From positions 20,625 to 84,624 of the forward strand of contig DASWNF010000009.1 of the NCBI GenBank assembly GCA_036399335.1: DNA of 64,000 bases. Reading direction: 5' to 3'. The number at the start of each line of letters is the position of its first letter. Position 1 is the stretch's first letter. Shown in pieces: positions 8,410 through 17,953 of this stretch. The notes beneath the pieces are model-generated. The model was not told the origin of the DNA. It made no database searches and saw nothing but the letters and a program-made list of their open reading frames with translations. Source of the stretch: Minisyncoccota bacterium. GTDB lineage: Bacteria > Patescibacteriota > Minisyncoccia > Phycocordibacterales > Phycocordibacteraceae. Made by a program: the position numbers and the translations under genes.

Positions 8410-9255
8410 ATGAGAGCCCCACGCTTTGAAGCACAGAAAAAGAAAGACGCTACTGCTTTCGAAGGCGGTGTGGGGAAGAGTAACGTGATGCCGCTCGAAG
8501 AGTTTGACGAGATTGCCGCTGAGACTATAGAGGGGGCTGAAAGGGAATTAGAAATGATTGCTCCCTCCCTACAAGACCTAGCACGCCGTATCCAGCGTGA
8601 ACAACCTGATGCCGTGGTATTTCTCGATATGAGTGCCAGAATTTTCGGAAGCCCATATAAGAAATACCTAAGTGAGAGTATGGGTAGTGAGGCGCCTCAG
8701 GTTCATTTTTATAACGATAACGACCTCAAGGCGTACCATTACACCGATCGTACCCAATTCATAAAAGTAGCAAAGGAAGATTTCGCCCCTCAGGAGGGTA
8801 AGAAAATATTTTTTGTGGATGAGACGTTCTCACACGGGAAGGGAGCGGTTGCGTTACTGGAGGCGTCTGCCGCGGCAGGCGTTGATGCTTATTACATTGC
8901 CCTGACTAAAGATCCGGCGCCAGTAGAGGAACTAATGGACGAGGGCCGTGATAGGAACGTTGCGCGGTACCGCTCAGACGGACGGATAACCGTATACGAT
9001 AATCCGTTAAAGGATGTATTTTCGCGTTTCGCTAGTCGTTTATACGTCCAGGACTTCCAAGGTGAGACTCTATCTCCCCATAAGCAAGACAAACCTGCGG
9101 CAGAAAACAATATTCCGGATGCAAACAAGTATTCAAGACCCCCTGCAGGCATGACAATCGAAGAGTACAACAAGGAACTTTCTGTGCGCACGATGCGACT
9201 CGTGGGGCAACTGAAGGACAGGATATACGATACCCTTATGGCAGAGGAGGCTTAA
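8410..9255 (+). CDS. Hypothetical protein with PRTase-like motif
   Basis: KKIFFVDETFSHG resembles the PRPP-binding loop; lower GC than neighbours. Confidence 0.6.
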   Translation: MRAPRFEAQKKKDATAFEGGVGKSNVMPLEEFDEIAAETIEGAERELEMIAPSLQDLARRIQREQPDAVVFLDMSARIFGSPYKKYLSESMGSEAPQVHFYNDNDLKAYHYTDRTQFIKVAKEDFAPQEGKKIFFVDETFSHGKGAVALLEASAAAGVDAYYIALTKDPAPVEELMDEGRDRNVARYRSDGRITVYDNPLKDVFSRFASRLYVQDFQGETLSPHKQDKPAAENNIPDANKYSRPPAGMTIEEYNKELSVRTMRLVGQLKDRIYDTLMAEEA

Positions 9256-9257
9256 AA

Positions 9258-9656
9258 CTAGCCAGCGTCTTTTTCGAAGTTGAGGCAGATTGAGTTGATG
9301 CAGTAGCGGAGGCCGCCGCGGTCTTTCGGGCCGTCGGTGAAGACGTGGCCTAAGTGGCTCCCACAGTTTTTGCAGTAGGCTTCAGTCCGGCGCATGCCGT
9401 GGCTCTCGTCTTCGCGGGTGCCGACATTCTCGGCAACGGCAGGGTCGGTGAAGGACGGCCAGCCCGAGCCTGAGTCGAACTTCGCCGATGACGAGAAAAG
9501 TACGGTACTGCACGCGTGGCAGCGGTACGTACCGTCCTCGTGGTTGTCGACATACGCACCCGAAAAGGGCGCTTCGGTGCCGCCCTCGCGCAGGACGTGG
9601 TAAGCCTCGGGTGATAGGCGTTCTTTGAGCTCGCGCTCGCGGTCTTCGTCGGTCAT
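9258..9656 (-). CDS. msrB: Peptide-methionine (R)-S-oxide reductase
   Basis: GTEAPF, GSGWPSF, HLGHVF, RYCINS, two CxxC. Confidence 0.97.
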   Translation of the reverse strand: MTDEDRERELKERLSPEAYHVLREGGTEAPFSGAYVDNHEDGTYRCHACSTVLFSSSAKFDSGSGWPSFTDPAVAENVGTREDESHGMRRTEAYCKNCGSHLGHVFTDGPKDRGGLRYCINSICLNFEKDAG

Positions 9657-9719
9657 AGGTACACCATACTCCTTTCGTCCACGGTTGCCAGCCTGTGCCG
9701 GTAGGGTAGGATAGGGGGC

Positions 9720-10166
9720 ATGTCCCGCAGGGTTCTCCTCGTCAGTATTCTTGTGCTCTCATTCCTCGGTCTCGCTGACTCGTGGTATCTCGCACAATCG
9801 GCACTCACCGATACGGCACTCACCTGCGGTATTGAGTCCCTTAACGGCTGCAATACGGTCGCGCAAAGCGAGTACTCGAACCTCTTCGGCGTACCGCTCG
9901 CGCTTTATGGCGTAGCCTTCTACGCCATTATCTTTATTGCCGCTGCCTTCCTACTCACGAATACCCGCGCTTGGCTTGTGCGCCTCCTGTTCCTTGCAAC
10001 CGTCGTTGGCTTCCTCGCCTCGCTTTATTTCCTGTATCTCCAGGTATTCCTGATCAAAGCGTTGTGCATCTACTGCCTCGCCTCGTTTGTGTTTTCCGTC
10101 CTTCTTTTCCTTGCTGCCTGGCGGTTCAAAGCCCGCGAAACCTTAACCTCATCCGTGGTACCATAA
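9720..10166 (+). CDS. Vitamin K epoxide reductase family protein
   Basis: TC...GCNTVAQSEYS...GVP and CIYC motifs, TM helices. Confidence 0.92.
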   Translation: MSRRVLLVSILVLSFLGLADSWYLAQSALTDTALTCGIESLNGCNTVAQSEYSNLFGVPLALYGVAFYAIIFIAAAFLLTNTRAWLVRLLFLATVVGFLASLYFLYLQVFLIKALCIYCLASFVFSVLLFLAAWRFKARETLTSSVVP

Positions 10167-10173
10167 CCGCATC

Positions 10174-11334
10174 ATGACGAGGCGACTCCTGATAGCGCTT
10201 CTTGGGCTCCTACTTCCGCTCTCGGGCCAGGCGGCAACCTTTGCCGGTAATGACACCGGCCTCACCCTCTCGGAATCCGTTCCCGATAATGCCTACCTCG
10301 GGGGTTCGAGCGTTACCGTTACCGCCGACCTTCCGGCAGACCTCACCGCAGCAGCCGGTACGGTCGGCGTGTATGCGCCAATTGCAGGAGACGTCCTTAC
10401 CGCTGCAGGCACGCTCATCATCGAACGGCCAATCGCGGGAGATGTCCGTGCAGCCGTAGGTAGCCTGCACCTCTCCGGGGATGTAGGAGGCGACGTCGCC
10501 GTCATTGCAGGTACGGCCGTCGTTACGGGAAAGGCGCGGGAGATTTATATAATCGGGAGCCACATCGAGGTGACGGGAGGCGCATCCGGTCCCGTTACCA
10601 TTTACGGGGCAGACGTCACGCTTGCGGGAGACTTTGCCGGTGACATAGAAGTCATCGCGTCGGACCGGTTCGTCATTAAGGAGGGTACGCATGTTGCCGG
10701 AACCCTCCGGTACAACGCGCCCGAAGCCGTACAGGTGCCCCCGTCCGCAGTCGTCGACGGGGGAGTCACGTATACGGGCTCATATGCCTACGTTCCCACC
10801 AAGGAAGAGGCCCGTAAGTTTGCGCTTGCCGGTGCCGGCGTCTTCCTTATCGTCCGCGCTACTGCCGGCATGATTGTCGCCGGGCTCCTGGTCGGCCTTT
10901 TCCCGGGGATTGCCGGCCGCATTACCGGCCTAGCGCTCCGGAGCGGTGGGAAGCGTGCAGGCCTATTCGGGCTCCTCGGCTTTGCGCTCTTCCTCGCGAC
11001 GCCGGTACTTACGCTTTTGCTCCTCCTTTCATTCGTCGGCGCGGGAGTCGCCTTTATACTGGGCATCCTGTATCTCCTCCTCCTTATGCTTTCCTACGCC
11101 TACGCAGGCGTCATTGCCGGGGCGGCGCTCCGTAAGCACGCCTTCTCGCGGCTTACCGACGATCATGAAGTTACCTGGCGGGATGCCGTGCTCGGCGTCC
11201 TTGTGCTGAATGTCATAAGTATCGTGCCGGGGATCGGTTCGCTGGTGAAATTCCTTCTTGCCGCCGTTGCCGCAGGCATCATTGTCACGCTCGCGTACCG
11301 GTATGCATTTCGTGCCGGCGATACGCCCGTCTAG
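10174..11334 (+). CDS. Polymer-forming (bactofilin-like beta-helix) membrane protein
   Basis: Signal peptide, repeated (I/V)xGD(V/L) units, C-terminal multi-TM domain. Confidence 0.75.
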   Translation: MTRRLLIALLGLLLPLSGQAATFAGNDTGLTLSESVPDNAYLGGSSVTVTADLPADLTAAAGTVGVYAPIAGDVLTAAGTLIIERPIAGDVRAAVGSLHLSGDVGGDVAVIAGTAVVTGKAREIYIIGSHIEVTGGASGPVTIYGADVTLAGDFAGDIEVIASDRFVIKEGTHVAGTLRYNAPEAVQVPPSAVVDGGVTYTGSYAYVPTKEEARKFALAGAGVFLIVRATAGMIVAGLLVGLFPGIAGRITGLALRSGGKRAGLFGLLGFALFLATPVLTLLLLLSFVGAGVAFILGILYLLLLMLSYAYAGVIAGAALRKHAFSRLTDDHEVTWRDAVLGVLVLNVISIVPGIGSLVKFLLAAVAAGIIVTLAYRYAFRAGDTPV

Positions 11335-11336
11335 CC

Positions 11337-11999
11337 ATGGCAACCTTTGAAGAGCGTAAGGAGCGGGCGGCCGCGCTAGTCGCCTACCTTAAGGAAGCGT
11401 ACCCGGAGCCGAAGACGGAGCTCCGTTACGAGACGCCGTTCCAGATGGTCACGGCCGTCATACTTTCGGCGCAATGCACGGATAAGAAGGTGAACGAAGT
11501 GACGGATGTCATCTATAAGAAATACCGCACCATTGATGACTTTGCGGATGCCGACCCCACCATCTTTACGAAGGAGATTTGCTCAATACCGTTTTATAAC
11601 AACAAGGCGAAGTCCATCTTAGGTGCGGCAAAGATGCTGCGCGATGACTTTGGCGGGGAAGTGCCGAAGACCGAGAAGGAGCTCGTGCTGCTCCCGGGGG
11701 TCGCCTATAAGACCGCGCACGTCGTCCTTGGCGAACTCTATGACCTGTGGGAAGGCATCCCGACCGATACCCATGTCCGGCGGTTCGCGCTCCGCTTCGA
11801 TCTCACGGATAATACGGACCTTACGAAGATATCAAAGGATCTTGAGGCTTTGGTGCCGAAGGAAGACTGGCGGTATGTGAACAACGGCCTCGTACTCTAT
11901 GGCCGGTACGTGTGCCCGGCGCGTCCGCATGAATGCGCGGACCACCCGCTTACCCTCCTCTGGCCGCCTGCGGGACACGTTTGGCCAAAGGCTAAATAA
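11337..11999 (+). CDS. nth: Endonuclease III
   Basis: ILSAQCTDKKVN, LPGVAYKTA (HhH), PTDTHV; Fe-S motif degenerate. Confidence 0.92.
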   Translation: MATFEERKERAAALVAYLKEAYPEPKTELRYETPFQMVTAVILSAQCTDKKVNEVTDVIYKKYRTIDDFADADPTIFTKEICSIPFYNNKAKSILGAAKMLRDDFGGEVPKTEKELVLLPGVAYKTAHVVLGELYDLWEGIPTDTHVRRFALRFDLTDNTDLTKISKDLEALVPKEDWRYVNNGLVLYGRYVCPARPHECADHPLTLLWPPAGHVWPKAK

Positions 12000-12027
12000 T
12001 TGACACTCCTGCGGCCGGGACTATGCT
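12000..12027 (+). promoter_or_regulatory. Sigma70-type promoter
   Basis: TTGACA-16 bp-TATGCT. Confidence 0.6.
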
Positions 12028-12034
12028 CGATACC

Positions 12035-12197
12035 AGTCATGGTCCTTTGCGGGCGGACGCACATGCTCTCGCGAGCGGAAGTAACCATTAGCCCAAGGAG
12101 TGGACGGCCCCCTACGTGCCGCATACCGTTCCAAAGGCTTGAATGCCATGCTTCTACTGAGTTGACGCGTAAGCCTCGGCCCGAAAGCCCCACGATC
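12035..12197 (+). ncRNA. Candidate 6S-like RNA
   Basis: Own promoter and terminator; rod-like self-pairing CTTTGCGGGC/GCCCGAAAG, GGAAGT/GCTTCT, GGAGTGG/CCGTTCC, CGGC/GCCG with central bubble. Confidence 0.55.
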
Positions 12198-12228
12198 AAG
12201 CGCCCTCCGACCTCCGGAGGGCGCTTTT
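12198..12228 (+). terminator. Rho-independent terminator
   Basis: AAGCGCCCTCCG-ACCTC-CGGAGGGCGCTT-TT. Confidence 0.75.
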
Positions 12229-12245
12229 CCATGTATCATAAAGGT

Positions 12246-12938
12246 ATGGAATCAAAGCGTCCGGTAGCTGTGTTCGATATCGATGGGACGGTCTTCCGTT
12301 CGTCGCTCCTTGTCGAGCTCGTTGACCGCCTCATCCTCCGCGGAATATTCCCGGAAAGCGCACATACGTATTACGAGAAGGCTAAGGAGGAGTGGATTAA
12401 CCGGCAGGGCGAGTTCGAGCCGTACATCAAGAAAGTCGTCACGTCCTTCGCGAAGTACTTAAAGGGCTCCCCGTATGGCGACGTCGCTGACGTTGCCGGC
12501 GAGGTCATCGAAGAGATGCGGCACCGCACGTACCGCTACACGCGCGACCTCATCCAGGAGCTCAAGGCGAAGGACTACTTCCTCCTTGCGGTGTCGCACT
12601 CGCCGAAGTTCATTGTCGATGGCTTTGCGTACGAACTCGGCTTCGATAAGTCATACGGCACGTTCTACGATACGGGCGCGAGTAACCGGTTTACGGGAGA
12701 AATAGTCGACGAGCATCTCATCATGAACAAGGCGTCTATCCTGAGGCGTGCCGTAGAGAAGGAAAGCCTTACGCTCACGGGCTCGGTCGGGGTGGGGGAT
12801 ACGGAAAGCGACGTATCCATGCTCCAGCTTGTTGAGGACCCGATCGCCTTCAACCCGAACCGCGGGCTCTATCGCCATGCGCAGAAGCACCTGTGGCGCA
12901 TTGTCGTCGAGCGGAAGGACGTCATTTATGAAATATAA
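12246..12938 (+). CDS. HAD-IB family hydrolase
   Basis: AVFDIDGT, VSHS, GDTESD, NP motifs; real start taken as MESKRP rather than 12000. Confidence 0.9.
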   Translation: MESKRPVAVFDIDGTVFRSSLLVELVDRLILRGIFPESAHTYYEKAKEEWINRQGEFEPYIKKVVTSFAKYLKGSPYGDVADVAGEVIEEMRHRTYRYTRDLIQELKAKDYFLLAVSHSPKFIVDGFAYELGFDKSYGTFYDTGASNRFTGEIVDEHLIMNKASILRRAVEKESLTLTGSVGVGDTESDVSMLQLVEDPIAFNPNRGLYRHAQKHLWRIVVERKDVIYEI

Positions 12939-12963
12939 GGGGTGATTTGGTACAATAGGACCT

Positions 12964-13203
12964 ATGCATAAGAAACTCTACCGCTCACGCGAACACCGCA
13001 TGGTATCGGGCGTTCTGGGCGGCCTCGGTGAATACTTCAAGATTGACCCGGTAATCATCCGTATCGTGGTCGTCCTGGTTACGGTCACGACCGGACTGGT
13101 TCCCGGCATCATCGCGTATGTCGTTGCCGTTTTCATGATTCCCGAGGCCGCGCCTGTAACGCCTTCGGCACCGATCACTGAGGATGACTCCCCGGCGATT
13201 TAG
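12964..13203 (+). CDS. PspC domain protein
   Basis: KKLYRS...GVLGGLGEYFKIDP..IR. Confidence 0.9.
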   Translation: MHKKLYRSREHRMVSGVLGGLGEYFKIDPVIIRIVVVLVTVTTGLVPGIIAYVVAVFMIPEAAPVTPSAPITEDDSPAI

Positions 13204-14017
13204 GGACATCGTATTCGACCATGCGGCACGCCACGGCAGGGACCACCTGCCGTGGCGTTCGCGTACGGCCTCACCGTACGCCGTACTCGTATCCGAAATC
13301 ATGCTCCAGCAAACGCAGGTTGACCGCGTTATCCCGTTTTACCGCGCGTTCCTCAGGCGTTTCCCCAGCGTTCGCGCGCTTGCACGCGCCCCGCTTGCAG
13401 ACGTGCTTTCCGCATGGCAAGGCCTTGGCTACAACCGGCGTGCGAAGATGCTCCACGAGGCAGCACAGGCAGTCGTCGGGAAGTACGGCGGGCGGCTCCC
13501 CAAAGAGGTTTCTGAACTCGAGAAGCTCCCCGGGATAGGGCCGTATACGGCGCGCGCCGTCGCTGCCTTCGCACACAACAAAGACGTCGTTTTCGTTGAG
13601 ACGAACTTGCGCACGGCCGTGCTACATCACTTCTTCCCGGGCGACGCGCTGGTGAAGGACGCCCAAATAGTTTCCATACTTGAAAAGGCGCTTCCAGCCG
13701 GACGTGCACGCGATTGGTATGCCGCCCTCATGGACTACGGCGCCCACCTGAAGCGGCACGGCGTCCGCCTAAACCACCGCTCAGCAGGGTACGTGAAGCA
13801 GCCAGTATTTAAGGGCTCGAAGCGCGAAGCGCGCGGTGCCGTGCTAAAGGCGCTTACCCAGGGAGCCAAAAGTGCGCACTTCCTTGAGCGGTTACTCGGA
13901 ACGGAACGGAAGGAACAAGTGCGTGAGGCTATCGCTACGCTCGTGCGCGACGGCATGCTCCAAAAAGAAGGCAGGTCGTACGTACTTCCGGGGGCAGACC
14001 GCAAAACTACCCGATAA
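13184..14017 (+). CDS. mutY: A/G-specific adenine glycosylase (short form)
   Basis: LPWR, VSEIMLQQTQV, GLGYNRRA, LPGIGPYTA; no Fe-S cysteines, no C-terminal OG domain. Confidence 0.88.
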   Translation: MTPRRFRDIVFDHAARHGRDHLPWRSRTASPYAVLVSEIMLQQTQVDRVIPFYRAFLRRFPSVRALARAPLADVLSAWQGLGYNRRAKMLHEAAQAVVGKYGGRLPKEVSELEKLPGIGPYTARAVAAFAHNKDVVFVETNLRTAVLHHFFPGDALVKDAQIVSILEKALPAGRARDWYAALMDYGAHLKRHGVRLNHRSAGYVKQPVFKGSKREARGAVLKALTQGAKSAHFLERLLGTERKEQVREAIATLVRDGMLQKEGRSYVLPGADRKTTR

Positions 14018-14082
14018 CCCGAAGCGAACAGCCAGTGAGAGGTGCAGCTGGGGGAAGAAGCCGATGCTTCGCGATGCCTATA

Positions 14083-14117
14083 CGAAAAAACCTCCGCGTA
14101 ATGCGGAGGTTTTTTCG
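14083..14117. terminator. Bidirectional terminator
   Basis: CGAAAAAACCTCCGCG-TAA-TGCGGAGGTTTTTTCG between convergent genes. Confidence 0.8.
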
Positions 14118-14130
14118 GTCGCGGGTGTCC

Positions 14131-16086
14131 CTACACGCCAATGAGCACGGGGATGACCATCGGTGCCTTATTCGTACGGCTGAAGAGGTAGCCTGCCATG
14201 ACGTCGGCGAGGTTGTTCTTCACGTAGTCGAGGTCGACGGGGTTCATGCCACGGGTTGAATCTTCGACGGTCTTCTTAATGAGAAGCCGCGCCTGGTTCA
14301 GGAGATCCTGTGATTCACGCAGGTAGATGAAGCCGCGCGAAATGATATCCGGTGACTTGCGGAGCTTGCCGGTCTTCAGGTTCACGGTCGCGATGATGAC
14401 GAACATGCCGTCCTTTGAGAGCATCTGGCGGTCGCGGATGACGACCTCCTGCATGTCGCCGATGGCGAAGCCGTCAACGACGAGCGGGGTCGAAGGCACT
14501 TTCTCCTTGTGCACCTCCATGCGGTCGCCGTCGATGATGTCGATGACGCTGCCGTTATCGGCGACGACAATCGATTCCTTTGGGCGTCCGGCCTGCTCCA
14601 CCGCCTTGGCGTGCGACTTGGTCATGGAGTAGTAGCCGTAGGCGGGCATGAAGAACTTGGCGTTTACCTGCTGGTTGATCCAGATGAGCTCGCCCGTGTT
14701 GCCGTGGCCGGTCGAGTGCACATCCGACGAACGGTAGTGGATGAGCGCTGCGCCGGTGCGGAAGAGGTTGTCCTTCAGGCGCTGCACGGAGATCTCGTTA
14801 CCCGGGATGACGGAGGACGAGAGCACGATCGTGTCGCGCTCGGTGAGGGCGATGGACTTGTGCTGCTTCGTCGCGATGCGCATGAGTGCGGCGAATTCTT
14901 CGCCCTGCGCGCCCGTAGCGAGGATGACGACGCGGTCGGGAGGGTAGTCGGCGATCTCCTGCGCTGCGATGATCGTGTCCTTCTTGAGGGTAAGGAGGCC
15001 GGTCTTCTGCGCAATTTCAAGGTTCGTCTTGATCGAACGGCCTTCGGTGACGATTTTCTTGCCCATGCGCTCAGCCGTCATGATGATATGGATCATGCGG
15101 TCGAACTGCGAGGCGAAGGTACCGATGATGAGGCGGCCTTTCACTGTGCGGATGATCTCTTCGAGGGTATCGTGCACGCGGCGCTCGGGGATAGAGAAGC
15201 CGTCGCGCTCGGCGTTCGTCGAGTCAGCGATAAAGAAAAGGTTCTTCTCGGCGCCAAGGGAGCCCCACTTCTTCTGTTCGGCCTCGGTCGGGATGCCGTT
15301 CTCGTGGTCGAGCTTCAAGTCACCGGTGGCGATGACGTTTCCGTACGGGGTGCCGATGGCGATACCCATGGAATCGGGGATCGAGTGGGTTACGGGGAAG
15401 AACCTCACCTTCGAGTTGCCGATGGTGTGGGTCGAGCCCGGTTCGACGACGATAAGGTTCGGGGCCGGCAGGTCAGGGTATTCCTCCTGGCGCTTCGCGA
15501 TCATGACGGCAGAAAGGTTCTGCGTGTAAATCGGCGGGTTGCCGAAACGGTTCATGAGGAAGGGGATGCCGCCGATGTGGTCCAAGTGGCCGTGGGTAAT
15601 AAAGACGGCACGGACGCGGTCGGCATTATGCTCGAGGTACGCGGTATTGGGGAGTACGTAGTCGACGCCGGGATTGGTGTCCTCGGACGTGAACTGGAAG
15701 CCGACATCGAAGACGAAGATATCGTTCTGGGTCTCGACGGCGATCATGTTGCGGCCGACCTCCTCGACGCCGCCGAGGGGGACGATGCGCACGACGTTCT
15801 CAGGCGCAGGAGGCGGGAAGTAGTCGGCGCCGCGCGGTTTCGTGGTTGTCGGTGCGGGACGGCGCATCATGCGACGCGTGTCGCGACCGCCGCGGTTGCC
15901 GCCGCGGTTGCCTCCCCTCCGGGGGCCGTTGTCACGGCTGCGTCCGCCGCCGCCGCTATTTGCGGGGCCACGCCGCGGTGGGCGCGCGGGACCTCCTGCC
16001 GCCGGACCTAGCGGTCGGGTAGCGGGACTGGGTGTTGCCGGTCCCCGGGACTGTGGGGCAGGGGCCGGTGCTGGTGCTGAACTCAT
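14131..16086 (-). CDS. rnj: Ribonuclease J
   Basis: PLGGVEEVGRN, THGHLDHIG, HSIPD, TGAQGE, VHSTGH. Confidence 0.95.
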   Translation of the reverse strand: MSSAPAPAPAPQSRGPATPSPATRPLGPAAGGPARPPRRGPANSGGGGRSRDNGPRRGGNRGGNRGGRDTRRMMRRPAPTTTKPRGADYFPPPAPENVVRIVPLGGVEEVGRNMIAVETQNDIFVFDVGFQFTSEDTNPGVDYVLPNTAYLEHNADRVRAVFITHGHLDHIGGIPFLMNRFGNPPIYTQNLSAVMIAKRQEEYPDLPAPNLIVVEPGSTHTIGNSKVRFFPVTHSIPDSMGIAIGTPYGNVIATGDLKLDHENGIPTEAEQKKWGSLGAEKNLFFIADSTNAERDGFSIPERRVHDTLEEIIRTVKGRLIIGTFASQFDRMIHIIMTAERMGKKIVTEGRSIKTNLEIAQKTGLLTLKKDTIIAAQEIADYPPDRVVILATGAQGEEFAALMRIATKQHKSIALTERDTIVLSSSVIPGNEISVQRLKDNLFRTGAALIHYRSSDVHSTGHGNTGELIWINQQVNAKFFMPAYGYYSMTKSHAKAVEQAGRPKESIVVADNGSVIDIIDGDRMEVHKEKVPSTPLVVDGFAIGDMQEVVIRDRQMLSKDGMFVIIATVNLKTGKLRKSPDIISRGFIYLRESQDLLNQARLLIKKTVEDSTRGMNPVDLDYVKNNLADVMAGYLFSRTNKAPMVIPVLIGV

Positions 16087-16176
16087 AGGATGATTAGTTA
16101 TTACTAGAGGTTGCTTTGGTACGTACTGTACCGTGGTGAGTGCGCAAAGGATTGTGGACTCATCACGAAACGGTCG

Positions 16177-17916
16177 TTAGGTGTTGAAGAAGGGCCAGAT
16201 GAGCTCGGTCCGCCGATACCAGTAGCGTGCGCTCTGGAAGCGGTCCGAAGGTGAGGATACGCGGGTAAGGGCGAGTCCCTGCAGGTCGCCCGGGACGGAA
16301 TACAGGAAGTCGGGCGTGTGCGTGAAGGCGGCGGGGTAGTCTGCGGCGATGAGCTCGTTTGCGCGCGCGAGGTCGGCGAGCGCGCGGCCGCGGTCCGTTT
16401 CGGTGCGCGCCCGCTCAAGGAGCTGGTCCACCTCGGTATTCGCGTACCCTGCGATATTGAGTCCCGGGTCGTTCCGCTCGCCCGAATACCAAAAGGCGTA
16501 GAGGTCGGGATAGGTGCCAATGACCTCGCCGAAGAGAAGCGCCCCGAAGGCGCGCGGCCGGATGACGGCTTGCGTGAGCTCGCCCGGCTGGTGGAGCTCA
16601 ATCGTTACCGGTACGCCGATAGCGTTCCATTCGGCCTGGATCTTCGATGCGAGCGCCTTCAGTTCCGGCACGTTCGAGGTCTTGAGGGTGATGGCAAGCA
16701 CCTGCCCGTTCTTGCTCCACGACTGGCCCTCCTCGCTCCATGTCCAATCGCCCTCGTGCAGGATGTTGCGCGCGTCTTCAATGCGCGTGGCGGTGTTCGG
16801 GAGCGGAAGTTCCGGCACGCCGGAGCCTGCCGGTACCGGGCCGATAGCGGGCGTCGCATACCCGCCAAGGACATCGCGCACGAGCGCCTCGCGGTCTATC
16901 GCTAGGGAAAGCGCGCGCCGCGCCGCGCCGTCGGCATACACGGGGCCTGCCTCAGGGTTGAAGAATACGCCGAAGACGCGCGAGTACGGCACCCGAAGCG
17001 CACCTTCACGCGCAACACCGTATCCGCTTTCCGCCTGTCCCTTCCTAAGTCCGGAAAGCAGGGAAGCGTAGTCGGGATAGACGGTAAAGCGGATACGGTC
17101 GAGGTACGGGCGGCCTAGGGCGTACTTCTCGTTCGCGACGACGTCGTAGCGCACGATGCGGCCGGCGCTATCCCGGGCAACACTTCCGACCTTGAAGGGT
17201 CCTGCACCGATGGGCTCGCTCGCGTACGGGGAGAACGGGAATTCCTCCGTACGGATGTTGCTCCAGAGGTGCGCGGGGAGGATGCCCAGGGTAGCGTCCA
17301 CCAGGAACGGCGCGTAGGCACGCGGCAAGGTGAAGCGGACAGTGCGCGGCCCTTCGGCCGCGACCTCGATGTTCGCCCAGTTCGAGAGCACGGGACTCTT
17401 AAGCGCTGGGTCCTTTGCCTTCTCTACGGTGAAGACGACATCCTCGGCAGTCACGGGCGTGCCGTCCGAGAACACGGCGTCCTCACGGATGAGGAAGGTG
17501 TACGTCCGCCCATCCTCCGAACGCGTAAAGCTCTCGGCAATGACGGGTACGATGTCGCCGCCCTCGCCGTATCCCATAAGCCCCGCATACGTAAGGGCCG
17601 TGAGGTCCCGGTCAGAATCTGAAAGCGCGAGCAGGGGATGTACGAAGCGCGGTGCGCCCACCACCCCTTCGGCAAGGCTCCCGCCGACGGCAGGCACTTC
17701 TATAAGGAAGAAGCGCTCGAGCCCGATAAGGCTCACGACGCTCGTGACGGCGACGACGAAGCCGAGCACCCAGGCGATAAAACGGTCACCGGGCGGCAAA
17801 TCGCTTACGTATGCCGAAAGCCGCGCGACGGGACCGCGCCCACGGCGTACGATGTCCGTGATATTACCCGATATATTCCGAGAAACTCGTCCCGGTATGT
17901 CGATGTAGGGTGCCAT
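16177..17916 (-). CDS. Peptide ABC transporter substrate-binding protein (family 5)
   Basis: FSDGTPVTAEDVVFT, PIGAGPF, RRALSLAIDR. Confidence 0.9.
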   Translation of the reverse strand: MAPYIDIPGRVSRNISGNITDIVRRGRGPVARLSAYVSDLPPGDRFIAWVLGFVVAVTSVVSLIGLERFFLIEVPAVGGSLAEGVVGAPRFVHPLLALSDSDRDLTALTYAGLMGYGEGGDIVPVIAESFTRSEDGRTYTFLIREDAVFSDGTPVTAEDVVFTVEKAKDPALKSPVLSNWANIEVAAEGPRTVRFTLPRAYAPFLVDATLGILPAHLWSNIRTEEFPFSPYASEPIGAGPFKVGSVARDSAGRIVRYDVVANEKYALGRPYLDRIRFTVYPDYASLLSGLRKGQAESGYGVAREGALRVPYSRVFGVFFNPEAGPVYADGAARRALSLAIDREALVRDVLGGYATPAIGPVPAGSGVPELPLPNTATRIEDARNILHEGDWTWSEEGQSWSKNGQVLAITLKTSNVPELKALASKIQAEWNAIGVPVTIELHQPGELTQAVIRPRAFGALLFGEVIGTYPDLYAFWYSGERNDPGLNIAGYANTEVDQLLERARTETDRGRALADLARANELIAADYPAAFTHTPDFLYSVPGDLQGLALTRVSSPSDRFQSARYWYRRTELIWPFFNT

Positions 17917-17953
17917 GCAAGCGACAGATGGGCCGGCACGGCAACGAACCCCC

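Noticed and set aside
12000-12245. N-terminal extension of the HAD hydrolase
   Set aside because: Contains a promoter, structured RNA and terminator; the HAD motif I starts right after ATG 12246
14509-16011. Long antisense ORFs (also 3060-4013, 26223-27338, 30362-31612, 60747-62222)
   Set aside because: Shadow frames opposite well-identified high-GC genes
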